From: Candidatus Paceibacter sp.
GTDB lineage: Bacteria > Patescibacteriota > Minisyncoccia > UBA6257 > JAGOQP01
Length of the DNA: 64,000 bases
Assembly: GCA_020724905.1 (NCBI GenBank)
Contig: DYGB01000001.1
Span: forward strand, 1,866 to 65,865
Direction of reading: 5' to 3'
Made by a program: the position numbers and the translations under genes. The notes under the pieces were generated by a model, which saw nothing but the letters and a program-made list of their open reading frames with translations, was not told where the DNA came from and did no database searches. This document shows, one piece after another, positions 29,275 to 38,145 of the stretch (position 1 is its first letter; every line of letters starts with the position of its first letter).

Positions 29275-30180
29275 TTAGTCTGATCGATTTGCACCATCGT
29301 ATATATATTTTTCACTGATTTTCCAAACACCTTTCTCTCGAAACGCTGGAATGTTTTGACGTCGAGCAGCATTAGTCATAGCAGGAGCAGACTTGCTATG
29401 TTTTTTTATATATTCAGACAAAGGAATAATAGGATCACCTCTTAGATAAGTAATTCGTTTATGTAAAGATTCTATGAGAGCAAGAGACACCACCTTTTCC
29501 ATCGTTTTAGTATTTTTATCATCACGATAATCATCAAAAGACCTATAATATTCTTTTTTCTCACTGTCCCGAATAATAATCATTGGAAACCCAAGTCGTT
29601 GAAGCTGAAAACAAATAAGTACACGACCGATACGACCATTCCCATCACAGAATGGATGAACTGTTTCAAAATTCAAATGGAACTTAACAATTTTGTCTAG
29701 AAAGTATGTAGTAAAATCACTCGTATATTCGGTAAGAATAGATTCAATCATGCGCTCAACATGCTCTGGAGCAGGTGCGACATGGGTACCAACTCGAACA
29801 TATTCTCCCTCAGTTCTAAATCGGCCAGCAATATTATCATCAATACCACCGATAAGCATCTGGTGCAAAAGCAAAATAATCTTTTTATTTATTTCTGTCT
29901 CTTGAGATTTGTTACGAACATATCCCATAACACGGGCAAGATTTTTCGCCTCAAACACCTCTCGAACTGAAACGTCTCGAGCAATTTCCATATCTAAAAG
30001 AATTTTTTCTGTTTCCTTTAGGGTGAGTGTAGAATTTTCAATAGCATTAGAATTATAAACACTTTCTGGCACCTCAGCTTCATCAATCATAACCAAAAGT
30101 GATTCTTTGTCTTTGCGGAGTGCATCAAACTCAGCTTTAAGAGCTGTTATTCGATCTTTAATTGGTTTAGTTGTTGCCAT
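29275..30180 (-). CDS. Fic-family protein with canonical HPFCDGNGR and an N-terminal inhibitory (S/T)xxxE(G/N) helix motif (SNAIEN).
   Basis: The Fic motif HPFCDGNGRIGR and the upstream SNAIENSTL motif are seen directly. Confidence 0.8.
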   Translation of the reverse strand: MATTKPIKDRITALKAEFDALRKDKESLLVMIDEAEVPESVYNSNAIENSTLTLKETEKILLDMEIARDVSVREVFEAKNLARVMGYVRNKSQETEINKKIILLLHQMLIGGIDDNIAGRFRTEGEYVRVGTHVAPAPEHVERMIESILTEYTSDFTTYFLDKIVKFHLNFETVHPFCDGNGRIGRVLICFQLQRLGFPMIIIRDSEKKEYYRSFDDYRDDKNTKTMEKVVSLALIESLHKRITYLRGDPIIPLSEYIKKHSKSAPAMTNAARRQNIPAFREKGVWKISEKYIYDGANRSD

Positions 30181-30329
30181 AGACTTTTTTACTACTATGC
30201 ATCTATTATAGTCTATTCACGTAAAAAAGTCAATCTTTAGTGAATGAGAGCCATATATTGCATGCCATTCACTAAAATATGGGCAATTAAAGCCTCTATA
30301 CACTACTCTGCTTAGAAAATAGCCTGTAT

Positions 30330-30902
30330 TTATACTCCTTTCTCTACTCGTTCAACGTATTCTCCCGTTTCTGTATTAACTCGAATAATATCCCCTGTTT
30401 GTATAAAAAATGGAGTATTGACTCGAGCACCTGTCTTTACCGTCACTGCTTTTGACCCTCCTGATGCAGTATCTCCTTTTATACTTGGGGGAGCTTCAAT
30501 AACTTCAAGATCAATTTTTGCAGGAAGCTGAATCCCAACAAAAGTATCATTAAACCAGATTGAAAGAATTTCTGTCTGCTCAACAAGATAATTTTTCTTC
30601 TCTCCAATCTGTTCATCTGAAAGTGAAAACCTGTTTTGAGGATTTCCCACTTCATCAAACCACCACTCTCCTTTACGAGCATACAGGAAACGAGCATTCA
30701 TTCTTTCAAGATCAGCTTCTCCAATATCATCACTTGGCTGAAATGAAAGTTCTTTTACTTTTTGTCCGATAACGTCACGAAGTTTTACCTTCATAACTGG
30801 CTTTCTCTGTTGCATGCGCAAAAAAGAAGCTTCGAGAACTTCATAAAGAGTTTCTTCAAAAACGATAAACATGCCTGGACGAACTTCATTATATGAAATC
30901 AT
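30330..30902 (-). CDS. efp: Elongation factor P.
   Basis: MISYNEVRPGMFIVFEETLYEV... matches the EF-P N-terminal KOW region and OB domains. Confidence 0.85.
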   Translation of the reverse strand: MISYNEVRPGMFIVFEETLYEVLEASFLRMQQRKPVMKVKLRDVIGQKVKELSFQPSDDIGEADLERMNARFLYARKGEWWFDEVGNPQNRFSLSDEQIGEKKNYLVEQTEILSIWFNDTFVGIQLPAKIDLEVIEAPPSIKGDTASGGSKAVTVKTGARVNTPFFIQTGDIIRVNTETGEYVERVEKGV

Positions 30903-30927
30903 AGATAGATGTAGTGTTACGTGTATA

Positions 30928-32379
30928 TTATTTGTCTTTCCCTAATGCCTTTCGAATAACGTCTTTTAACTCTTTGACTGCTGTAGGTTTCTTTTCTCTT
31001 TCCTTGTGAGGTTTTTTCTTCCTCTCATCTTGTTTTAGTGTTTCAGCGAGAGACCGCTCCCCCTGTCGCGCAATCATCTCAGCAACACGCTCATGACTTC
31101 CAGCATATTCTTCCTGAATCTTTTTTTCAACCTCTCCTCGAGGAAGGGTAAACTTGTCACGAGAGTATTCCAAGATAACGTCATAGAGTGATTGTTTGGG
31201 GAGCGGTGGTGGAGGCAGTGTTCGAGCTGAGAAAGGACGAGATGACACCCCATCAATCATCAAACGGATATAGATATAGGTATTAGGAAGATTCACAAAA
31301 TCACTCGCCTCAAATTCCTCAAAGAATTCTTTTTCTAAAAATTCTGCATCATCTGCTCCTACCCGAAATACAATCATTGTTCCCACGTTACCAAAAATAG
31401 CAGATTTCACCCGTTCATTGTCATCAAGCTGATCAATATACTGGTGAGCAAGAATCAAACATAATCGATACTTTCGTGCCTCAGAAAGAATCGTTGCAAA
31501 TGATTCTGTTGCAAAGTTCTGAAACTCATCAACATAGAGATAAAAATCACGTCTCTCTTCTTGAGGAGTATCAACACGAGACATCGCAGCAAGCTGAAGT
31601 TTCGTAATAACCATAGCTCCAAGAAGCGCGGAGTTATCTTCACCAATTTTTCCTTTTGAAAGATTCACCACAAATATTTTCCCCTCATCCATGATACGTC
31701 GTGCATCAAATGATGAGTGTTCTTGTCCGATAATATTTCGAATCAACGGATTGGAGACAAACTGTCCCACCTTGTTCTGGATTGCAGCAACGGCCTCTGT
31801 TTCAAGTCGTTGTGTATAGCGAGCAAACTCATCAGCCCAGAATGAACGAACGATAGGGTCCTGAAGATTATCAACAATATTTTTCCGATACTCTTTATCA
31901 GAAAACATCTTCATAATCCCGAGCAATGTCGAATTAGGATACTCCAGCAATGCAAGAAGCGTATTGTTAAGAATATATTCCATGCGGGCAGACCAGGCAT
32001 CAGGCCATATCTTTTTAAACACAGACATAAGTCCAGAAGCAACCAAATGTCTTTGTTCAAAATCAACACGTTCAAGTGGATTAAATGCGATGGGGTAATT
32101 TGTATCAGCAGGGTTAAAATACACTACATCATTAACCCGCTCTTCAGGAATAAAGTGAAGTACTTCTTCAGCAACCTCACCATGTGGATCAACAATACAG
32201 ACTCCCTTCCCTGCTTTGATATCAGAAAGAACCATATTCAAAAGCAAGGTACTTTTCCCAGTACCTGATTTCCCAATGACATACATATGCTGTCTACGGT
32301 CAGCAGTTTTTACACCAAATATCCGTTCTTCATTTCGAAACGTTGTTTTCCCAAGGTGTAGAATATCTTTTTCATCCAT
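30928..32379 (-). CDS. P-loop ATPase of the FtsK/HerA/TraG superfamily (AAA_10/DUF87-like, T4SS coupling-protein-like).
   Basis: Walker A (YVIGKSGTGKSTLLLN), CIVDPHGE, Walker B (LYVDEFQNF) and ARKYRLCLILAHQYIDQL. Confidence 0.6.
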   Translation of the reverse strand: MDEKDILHLGKTTFRNEERIFGVKTADRRQHMYVIGKSGTGKSTLLLNMVLSDIKAGKGVCIVDPHGEVAEEVLHFIPEERVNDVVYFNPADTNYPIAFNPLERVDFEQRHLVASGLMSVFKKIWPDAWSARMEYILNNTLLALLEYPNSTLLGIMKMFSDKEYRKNIVDNLQDPIVRSFWADEFARYTQRLETEAVAAIQNKVGQFVSNPLIRNIIGQEHSSFDARRIMDEGKIFVVNLSKGKIGEDNSALLGAMVITKLQLAAMSRVDTPQEERRDFYLYVDEFQNFATESFATILSEARKYRLCLILAHQYIDQLDDNERVKSAIFGNVGTMIVFRVGADDAEFLEKEFFEEFEASDFVNLPNTYIYIRLMIDGVSSRPFSARTLPPPPLPKQSLYDVILEYSRDKFTLPRGEVEKKIQEEYAGSHERVAEMIARQGERSLAETLKQDERKKKPHKEREKKPTAVKELKDVIRKALGKDK

Positions 32380-32394
32380 AGCTTCACTATACCA

Positions 32395-33597
32395 CTATTC
32401 AAGTGGCAAATTAACTGGAGGCGTACCTTTACGAGAATCAATCTTTCCAAGACGAGGAGCACGAACTGATGAGAGAGGAAAATGAAACAGTGTTGCCAAC
32501 TCTTCTGAAGAGAGTATAGGGAACGTTTCATCAACCAAACGATTCGTATATCCAAACCGTCGTGTCTTAAGATAATCAAAGAGAATACGTTTTTTCCGTA
32601 ACATCGTTGTTTTCTTTATCTTAGGAAACAACTTCATCTTGATTCCTCCTGCAACAGTAATCAATTTGTCAGGACGAAGACCATTCATGTGCTGTGTATT
32701 GAATTGTTGCAGTGATCCCATAACTGATGAAATGTTAAGAAAGCTAAAACTATCTTTCCGATCAATATAGACGAATCGAAGATTAGCCTGGAACACATGT
32801 TTTGATGCTTTGTTCTCAATTGCTCTTATCACATCCCTATCTCCTCCTGTCATATCAGATTTTCCTTCTTCATCTTTCTTCTTTTCAATAATAGCTTTAA
32901 TTTCTTTTTGGGCGTCATCTTTGATAGAGACACCTGTTGCAGGACCCGTTGGACTTATCAAAAGCTGTATACATACCATCTCATCATCTTTCAGTTTTGA
33001 CATTGCTTCAAACAATGGAGCAAGAGGATCAATACGTTCTTCCTCCTTTGAAAGTTCATGGAAAAAATCATGATACGTACGAATAGGATACACACTGTTT
33101 TTCACAAGGGTAAATCCTGATCCCCAAAGATCATAGGTATCATCAGGAAGTGTTGCGGGAAGATCATCCATGTAGTCTGTTGTCTCAGATATTTCAGCAT
33201 CAGGATATTGGGCATAGAGTGCTGATTCTACAAGATTTCGATAATCTTTTGGTGTACGAACATAAAAAGAAATACCTCCTCCTCGAGCAACCATCTCAAA
33301 AGAAATCCATATGTCTACTTTTCCATCCAGATACTTGTTTAACGCAGGAATTCCAAATGAATAAATACCAAATAAGCTCGCAAATACTTGCTCCATTGAT
33401 TTTGGGCCTCGTGCCTCCCCATGAGGAATACGAATCTGTAATATATTCCATTCAATTCCTTCTATAAACAAATATCGTTTATAAAAAAGCCGCATTTTCC
33501 AACAGAGAACAGCGGCAAAAATAGGAACAACAATCCACAGAGCAACAGAGAGTGCTTTATATACACCGACAATAAGAATATCCTCTAAAAACGGCAT
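32395..33597 (-). CDS. Membrane-anchored hypothetical protein (two N-terminal TM helices plus a ~330-aa soluble domain), the partner of the downstream ATPase.
   Basis: The N-terminal hydrophobic segments are seen directly. The gene is packed tightly between the HTH gene and the ATPase gene. Confidence 0.4.
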   Translation of the reverse strand: MPFLEDILIVGVYKALSVALWIVVPIFAAVLCWKMRLFYKRYLFIEGIEWNILQIRIPHGEARGPKSMEQVFASLFGIYSFGIPALNKYLDGKVDIWISFEMVARGGGISFYVRTPKDYRNLVESALYAQYPDAEISETTDYMDDLPATLPDDTYDLWGSGFTLVKNSVYPIRTYHDFFHELSKEEERIDPLAPLFEAMSKLKDDEMVCIQLLISPTGPATGVSIKDDAQKEIKAIIEKKKDEEGKSDMTGGDRDVIRAIENKASKHVFQANLRFVYIDRKDSFSFLNISSVMGSLQQFNTQHMNGLRPDKLITVAGGIKMKLFPKIKKTTMLRKKRILFDYLKTRRFGYTNRLVDETFPILSSEELATLFHFPLSSVRAPRLGKIDSRKGTPPVNLPLE

Positions 33598-33600
33598 AAA

Positions 33601-34635
33601 TTATGCAAGATGATAGTGTCCCTTATCGTTTTTTTTGAAAAACTTTTTATTCTGCAAATTAAGGAAAATAGTATTGTATTTCAATACACGTTCCTGAGAA
33701 ACAAGACTTACAATATCTTCAAGAGGAAGTGAACCGTGCTTCTTTAAAATACGTTGTAACACTTCACGTGTTGTTCCTGGTTCAACACCAAACTCTCGAA
33801 GAGAATACAGTCCTCGTCCAACCAACACAAATCGCTTATCTTTTATCAATTCATTATGTACTGTTTGAGGATGAGCTTTCTTTGTATCAAATTCAATATC
33901 ATTAATATGTTGTGCAATGTCACGAAAGTGCATTGGTTCTTTTCTTTTCTTCAAAATCAAGTATGACTTGTCACGAACTGTTTTTGGAGTAATCTCAGGC
34001 CATTCTACAAGTCCAAAATCTCCAAATGGATTTACTGAAAACTTCTTTGAGTTTAACAAATAGTTAAGCGCAATAAATTCTTTAATTTTGTGTTGTTTTG
34101 TTGCCTGAGCAAATAACTGATCAAATTCTTTTCTCTCAACCAACATTTCTTTTTTACTCTTAAGAAGTGTTCGTACTTTCTTTACAAATGATTTCAATTC
34201 TTTTACATGCTCTTCTTGGGTATACCAAAATGGATAGAACTCACTATTCTCTCCAAAAATCTGAGGCTTTTTAAAAGTAGCGAATAGTAATGAAACGTAT
34301 GGTTCGCTCACATCATGATCTTTAAAGACGAATTTCAAGTCATCAACTAATAAATCTGCGCGACGAATACCACCAAGAGAGGCGATATGATCAAGTGCCT
34401 TTTCAAGAAATGAAACAGCATCAGCATTATCCTGAGCTTCTCCTCGGATAGATTTAAGTGCTGCGTTTTCAATTTGACGAACTCGTTCTCGGGTAATTCC
34501 ATATTCTTCACCAAGAGAAGCAAGCGTCTGAGGCTCTTTCCCAAGTAATCCGAATCGACGAACAACAATATCTCGCTGTCGTTTTGGGAGCGAGGAAACG
34601 AGAGAATCCAATGTAGAATGTAATGTCATACTCAA
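33601..34635 (-). CDS. DNA-binding protein with an N-terminal sigma-70 region-4-like HTH and a C-terminal HARE-HTH-like domain.
   Basis: The N-terminus (RQRDIVVRRFGLLGKEPQTLASLGEEYGITRERVRQIENAALKSIR) matches the sigma70 r4.2 consensus. The C-terminus (FRDIAQHIND...HPQTVHNELIKDKRFVLVGRGLYSLREFG) matches the HARE-HTH pattern. Confidence 0.5.
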   Translation of the reverse strand: MSMTLHSTLDSLVSSLPKRQRDIVVRRFGLLGKEPQTLASLGEEYGITRERVRQIENAALKSIRGEAQDNADAVSFLEKALDHIASLGGIRRADLLVDDLKFVFKDHDVSEPYVSLLFATFKKPQIFGENSEFYPFWYTQEEHVKELKSFVKKVRTLLKSKKEMLVERKEFDQLFAQATKQHKIKEFIALNYLLNSKKFSVNPFGDFGLVEWPEITPKTVRDKSYLILKKRKEPMHFRDIAQHINDIEFDTKKAHPQTVHNELIKDKRFVLVGRGLYSLREFGVEPGTTREVLQRILKKHGSLPLEDIVSLVSQERVLKYNTIFLNLQNKKFFKKNDKGHYHLA

Positions 34636-34686
34636 TAAAATTATACCACTAATTATACTGTAGTTTTCAGGTAGTGTCTATATACC

Positions 34687-35583
34687 TTACTTACTTTTAC
34701 CAGATTTGTACCAAAGAGTCAATAGGGGGCTGGCAACACAGATCGATGAATAGGTTCCCACCAATGTCCCGATCAATACAATTAAGACAAAGAAGTTCAA
34801 ACTCACTGCTCCAAAGAACAGTAGTGCAAGCAGGACAAGGATAAGGGTAAGTGAGGTATTAATAGAACGAACCAATGTCTGAGAGATACTCTCCCCTACC
34901 TTTTCTTCAAAAACATCTCCCTTTTTCATATGTCCAATATTCTCACGAATACGGTCAAAGACCACAATCGTATCATGTACAGAAAATCCCATGATAAAGA
35001 GGATTGCAACAATAAAGTTGCTATCAAGCTCAATCCCATTGAGGTTCCCTAAAAATGCAAGTAGTCCAGCAGGGATAATAACATCATGAAAAAGTGTGAC
35101 CAAAGTGACAACCCCATATTTCCATGAAGTTATTGGGTAAGAAACCTTTCGAAATGCAAACGCGATATACAAAGAAACAGCAACAAGAACAAGTATCACT
35201 GCCCAGATAGCACGAGAACGAAGTTCTTCCCCCACCGTAGGACCAATAAATTCGAATCGTAACTCTTCAAATGCCCCCGCAGATTCTTCAAGTGCAGCTT
35301 CAAGAACTGGCTTTTCATCTTGGCTCAACTCTTTCATCTTTATCAACAAAAGTCCTTCTTCAGACAAGTCTTCAAAAGCTGATACATCAACAGCTCCTGC
35401 ATCCTGCAAGATACGCACTACCTCATCTTTAGAAACCTCCTCTTCAAAAGAAAGTCTCCAGAGCACTCCTCCAGTAAAATCAGTTCCTGGACGAAATCCA
35501 AAGACAGCGATACTCACAACACCAGCAAGAACTAACAATGCTGAAATACTCAAAAATATTTTTTTATATCGAATAACAAACAT
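34687..35583 (-). CDS. secF: Protein translocase subunit SecF.
   Basis: SecF TM topology and conserved N-terminal region. Confidence 0.85.
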   Translation of the reverse strand: MFVIRYKKIFLSISALLVLAGVVSIAVFGFRPGTDFTGGVLWRLSFEEEVSKDEVVRILQDAGAVDVSAFEDLSEEGLLLIKMKELSQDEKPVLEAALEESAGAFEELRFEFIGPTVGEELRSRAIWAVILVLVAVSLYIAFAFRKVSYPITSWKYGVVTLVTLFHDVIIPAGLLAFLGNLNGIELDSNFIVAILFIMGFSVHDTIVVFDRIRENIGHMKKGDVFEEKVGESISQTLVRSINTSLTLILVLLALLFFGAVSLNFFVLIVLIGTLVGTYSSICVASPLLTLWYKSGKSK

Positions 35584-35584
35584 A

Positions 35585-36823
35585 CTATTTTTTATTACGA
35601 GAAAATACGATCATAAGGTTTCGCGTTACGACAATAGCGGTAAACATGCTGATGAGCACTCCTAAAAGAAGTGTTAGAGCAAGTCCTTTCACAAAACTTG
35701 AAGTGAACTGGAAAAGAATCAGCGCGGTAATCATAGTAGTAATATTCGAATCTCGAATTGATGGCCACGCACGAGTAAATCCTTCAGATACTGCAGCCAA
35801 ATACGATGAACCTTTTTTAAGTTCTTCTTTAGTTCTCTCAAAGATAAGAATATTAGCATCCACTGCCATACCCACAGAAAGAAGAAATCCTGCAATTCCT
35901 GCAAGGGTAAGGGTCACAAATAATTTAAATACTGAAAGCGTTAAAATAACATAGATAAGCAAAGCAATCGTAGCAAGTACACCTCTCCCACGATAGTAGA
36001 TAATCATAAAGAGTGCGACTGCTAAGGTACCCAACATACCAGCAAATACAGATGCATCGAGTGCATCTTTTCCAATATCAGCACCAACGTTCTGCTGACT
36101 GATACGTTCGATAGGAGCTGGAAGCGCTCCCGCATTAAAGCGTGAAACAAGTTCTTTGGCTTCATCTAAATTAAAGACTCCACTAATCACTGCTTCGCCA
36201 CTTGGGATATGTTCATTCACCCGAGGTTCACTAATTGGTTCTCCATCAAGGAAAATACCAACAATGTTTCCAATGTTTCTCTTTGTAACATCACTAAAAA
36301 TACCAGACCCTTCAGAGGTGAATGAAATAGTCACCTGTGGTTCTCCTGTTGTAGGATTAAATGAAAGCTGAGCTCCTTTAACATATCGTCCATCAAGTTC
36401 AGTAGGAATATATCCAACCGTTCCATCCTCAAGTTCTGTTAATTCACGAAAATCAAGAAATGGTGTTTCTCCAATTTGACGAACTGCTTCATCAATATCA
36501 GAAACTCCAGCAAGTTCAACGATAAGACGATATTCATCTCCACTTTGGGAGATAGAAACCTGAGGTTCTTTTACCCCAAACAGGTTCACTCGTCGTTCAA
36601 TAACATCTCGAAGTCCAGAAAGCGTGGTAGAAACATCATCTCCAGAGAGATGAGATGTGTCAACGTTGTACTCAAGTCGAGTACCACCGACTAAATCAAG
36701 TCCAAGCTTCCAATCAGTGCTGTTATACAACCATGAGGTATAAGGGGTTGGGTAAATAAAAAATGCCCCCACAATACTCAAGGCAACAACTCCTAAAAGA
36801 AACCATAGTGCCTGCTTTTTCAT
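35585..36823 (-). CDS. secD: Protein translocase subunit SecD. The start is trimmed to MKKQALWFLL because the longer frame overlaps the glycerate kinase gene.
   Basis: A SecD periplasmic domain plus a C-terminal 6-TM bundle. ATG at 36823 gives a signal-anchor N-terminus. Confidence 0.85.
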   Translation of the reverse strand: MKKQALWFLLGVVALSIVGAFFIYPTPYTSWLYNSTDWKLGLDLVGGTRLEYNVDTSHLSGDDVSTTLSGLRDVIERRVNLFGVKEPQVSISQSGDEYRLIVELAGVSDIDEAVRQIGETPFLDFRELTELEDGTVGYIPTELDGRYVKGAQLSFNPTTGEPQVTISFTSEGSGIFSDVTKRNIGNIVGIFLDGEPISEPRVNEHIPSGEAVISGVFNLDEAKELVSRFNAGALPAPIERISQQNVGADIGKDALDASVFAGMLGTLAVALFMIIYYRGRGVLATIALLIYVILTLSVFKLFVTLTLAGIAGFLLSVGMAVDANILIFERTKEELKKGSSYLAAVSEGFTRAWPSIRDSNITTMITALILFQFTSSFVKGLALTLLLGVLISMFTAIVVTRNLMIVFSRNKK

Positions 36824-36866
36824 ACAAGGGATATGATACCACAAAAGAGAAGAAGAGCAAAGAACA

Positions 36867-38144
36867 TTACTTCCGTGCAACAACAATTAAATCAGACACA
36901 TTAAGACATTTCTGTTTAATAGTAACATGACCACCTCGTTCTTTAAAAAAGTGGTATGAATTATGAGATTTTACATATGAAGGATCAATATCCTTTGCAT
37001 CAGCACTACATCCAATCGCTCCTGCAACAGGAACATTATCTTTCCCATCAGAAGCAATACTCCCCACACAGATATCTCCTTTAAGAGACTGTTTGGAAAG
37101 TTCAGAAAGTGCTCCTAGTACTACCTCCTGATTTCTTCCCCCTTCTCCACCTATGCATCCTGATACTAAGCTCTCCCCTCCAAATAGATACATTTCTCCT
37201 GGACGAATTGTAGTGAGGTATGGAGAAAGAAGCTTCGATGCCTCCCCCTGAAATGCAGTAGAGATAATTTTTGTTTGAAATCCTTCTTCTCTTCCCTTCT
37301 CAAGCATCGCAACAAGAGCATCTTCATTACATGCTAATAACAATGCACGAGATCTTTCAAAAATACGTTCATCTTTTACTGTTTCTTGTAAAAAAGGAAT
37401 CGCATCATGACATTCATATTTCTCAAGAATCGCCACCGCATCTTCTTTTCGTGACGCATCAAAGACGCTTGGACCAGAAGCAACAGTCCCTAAATCATTT
37501 CCACAGACATCTGAAACAACAAGGGATAGTATTGTTGCAGGATACGCAGCTTTGGCAAGACCACCTCCTTTCACAGAAGAAAGGTGTTTTCTGACAATAT
37601 TAATTTCTCTAATCTGAGCCCCTTTGTTGGTAAGTCGTTTAAATAAATCGCTCCCTACATCTTTTTCTTTTTCATCTCCACAGAGAAGAGAAGATCCTCC
37701 ACCAAGGATAAGAAAAATAACTAAATCATCCTCACTACATGTTTCAAGAACAGTAATAATGTGTTGTGTTGCCTTAATATTAACATCAGAAGGATGAGGA
37801 TGTGTTCCCTCATACACCTGAACCATCTCATGAGTAGAGATACTAGAAGCATATCCCTTTACATCAAGTGCGTAAGCTTCATCTACCCCCTCAACGTGGC
37901 CAGAAAAAAGAGAAACAACTCCCCGAGCACCCTTCCCAACCCCTACCACAACAACTCGTTTAAAATATTTTGTATCGTAGATATGATCGTCCCCTTTAAT
38001 AGAAAAAGAATGGTCACGAACATGAATCTTTTGAGGAATAATATGCTCCATATCAATCGCCTCAAGTCCAGCATCAAAAACACGAATAACCGATGATCGT
38101 AAATCATCTTCCCTTACTCCTTCCCTCTCTATAATATAGGACAT
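36867..38144 (-). CDS. Glycerate kinase of the MOFRL family (DUF4147 plus MOFRL).
   Basis: VVVGVGKGARGVV, LLCGDE..., and glycine-rich C-terminal motifs typical of MOFRL glycerate 2-kinases. Confidence 0.65.
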   Translation of the reverse strand: MSYIIEREGVREDDLRSSVIRVFDAGLEAIDMEHIIPQKIHVRDHSFSIKGDDHIYDTKYFKRVVVVGVGKGARGVVSLFSGHVEGVDEAYALDVKGYASSISTHEMVQVYEGTHPHPSDVNIKATQHIITVLETCSEDDLVIFLILGGGSSLLCGDEKEKDVGSDLFKRLTNKGAQIREINIVRKHLSSVKGGGLAKAAYPATILSLVVSDVCGNDLGTVASGPSVFDASRKEDAVAILEKYECHDAIPFLQETVKDERIFERSRALLLACNEDALVAMLEKGREEGFQTKIISTAFQGEASKLLSPYLTTIRPGEMYLFGGESLVSGCIGGEGGRNQEVVLGALSELSKQSLKGDICVGSIASDGKDNVPVAGAIGCSADAKDIDPSYVKSHNSYHFFKERGGHVTIKQKCLNVSDLIVVARK

Positions 38145-38145
38145 A

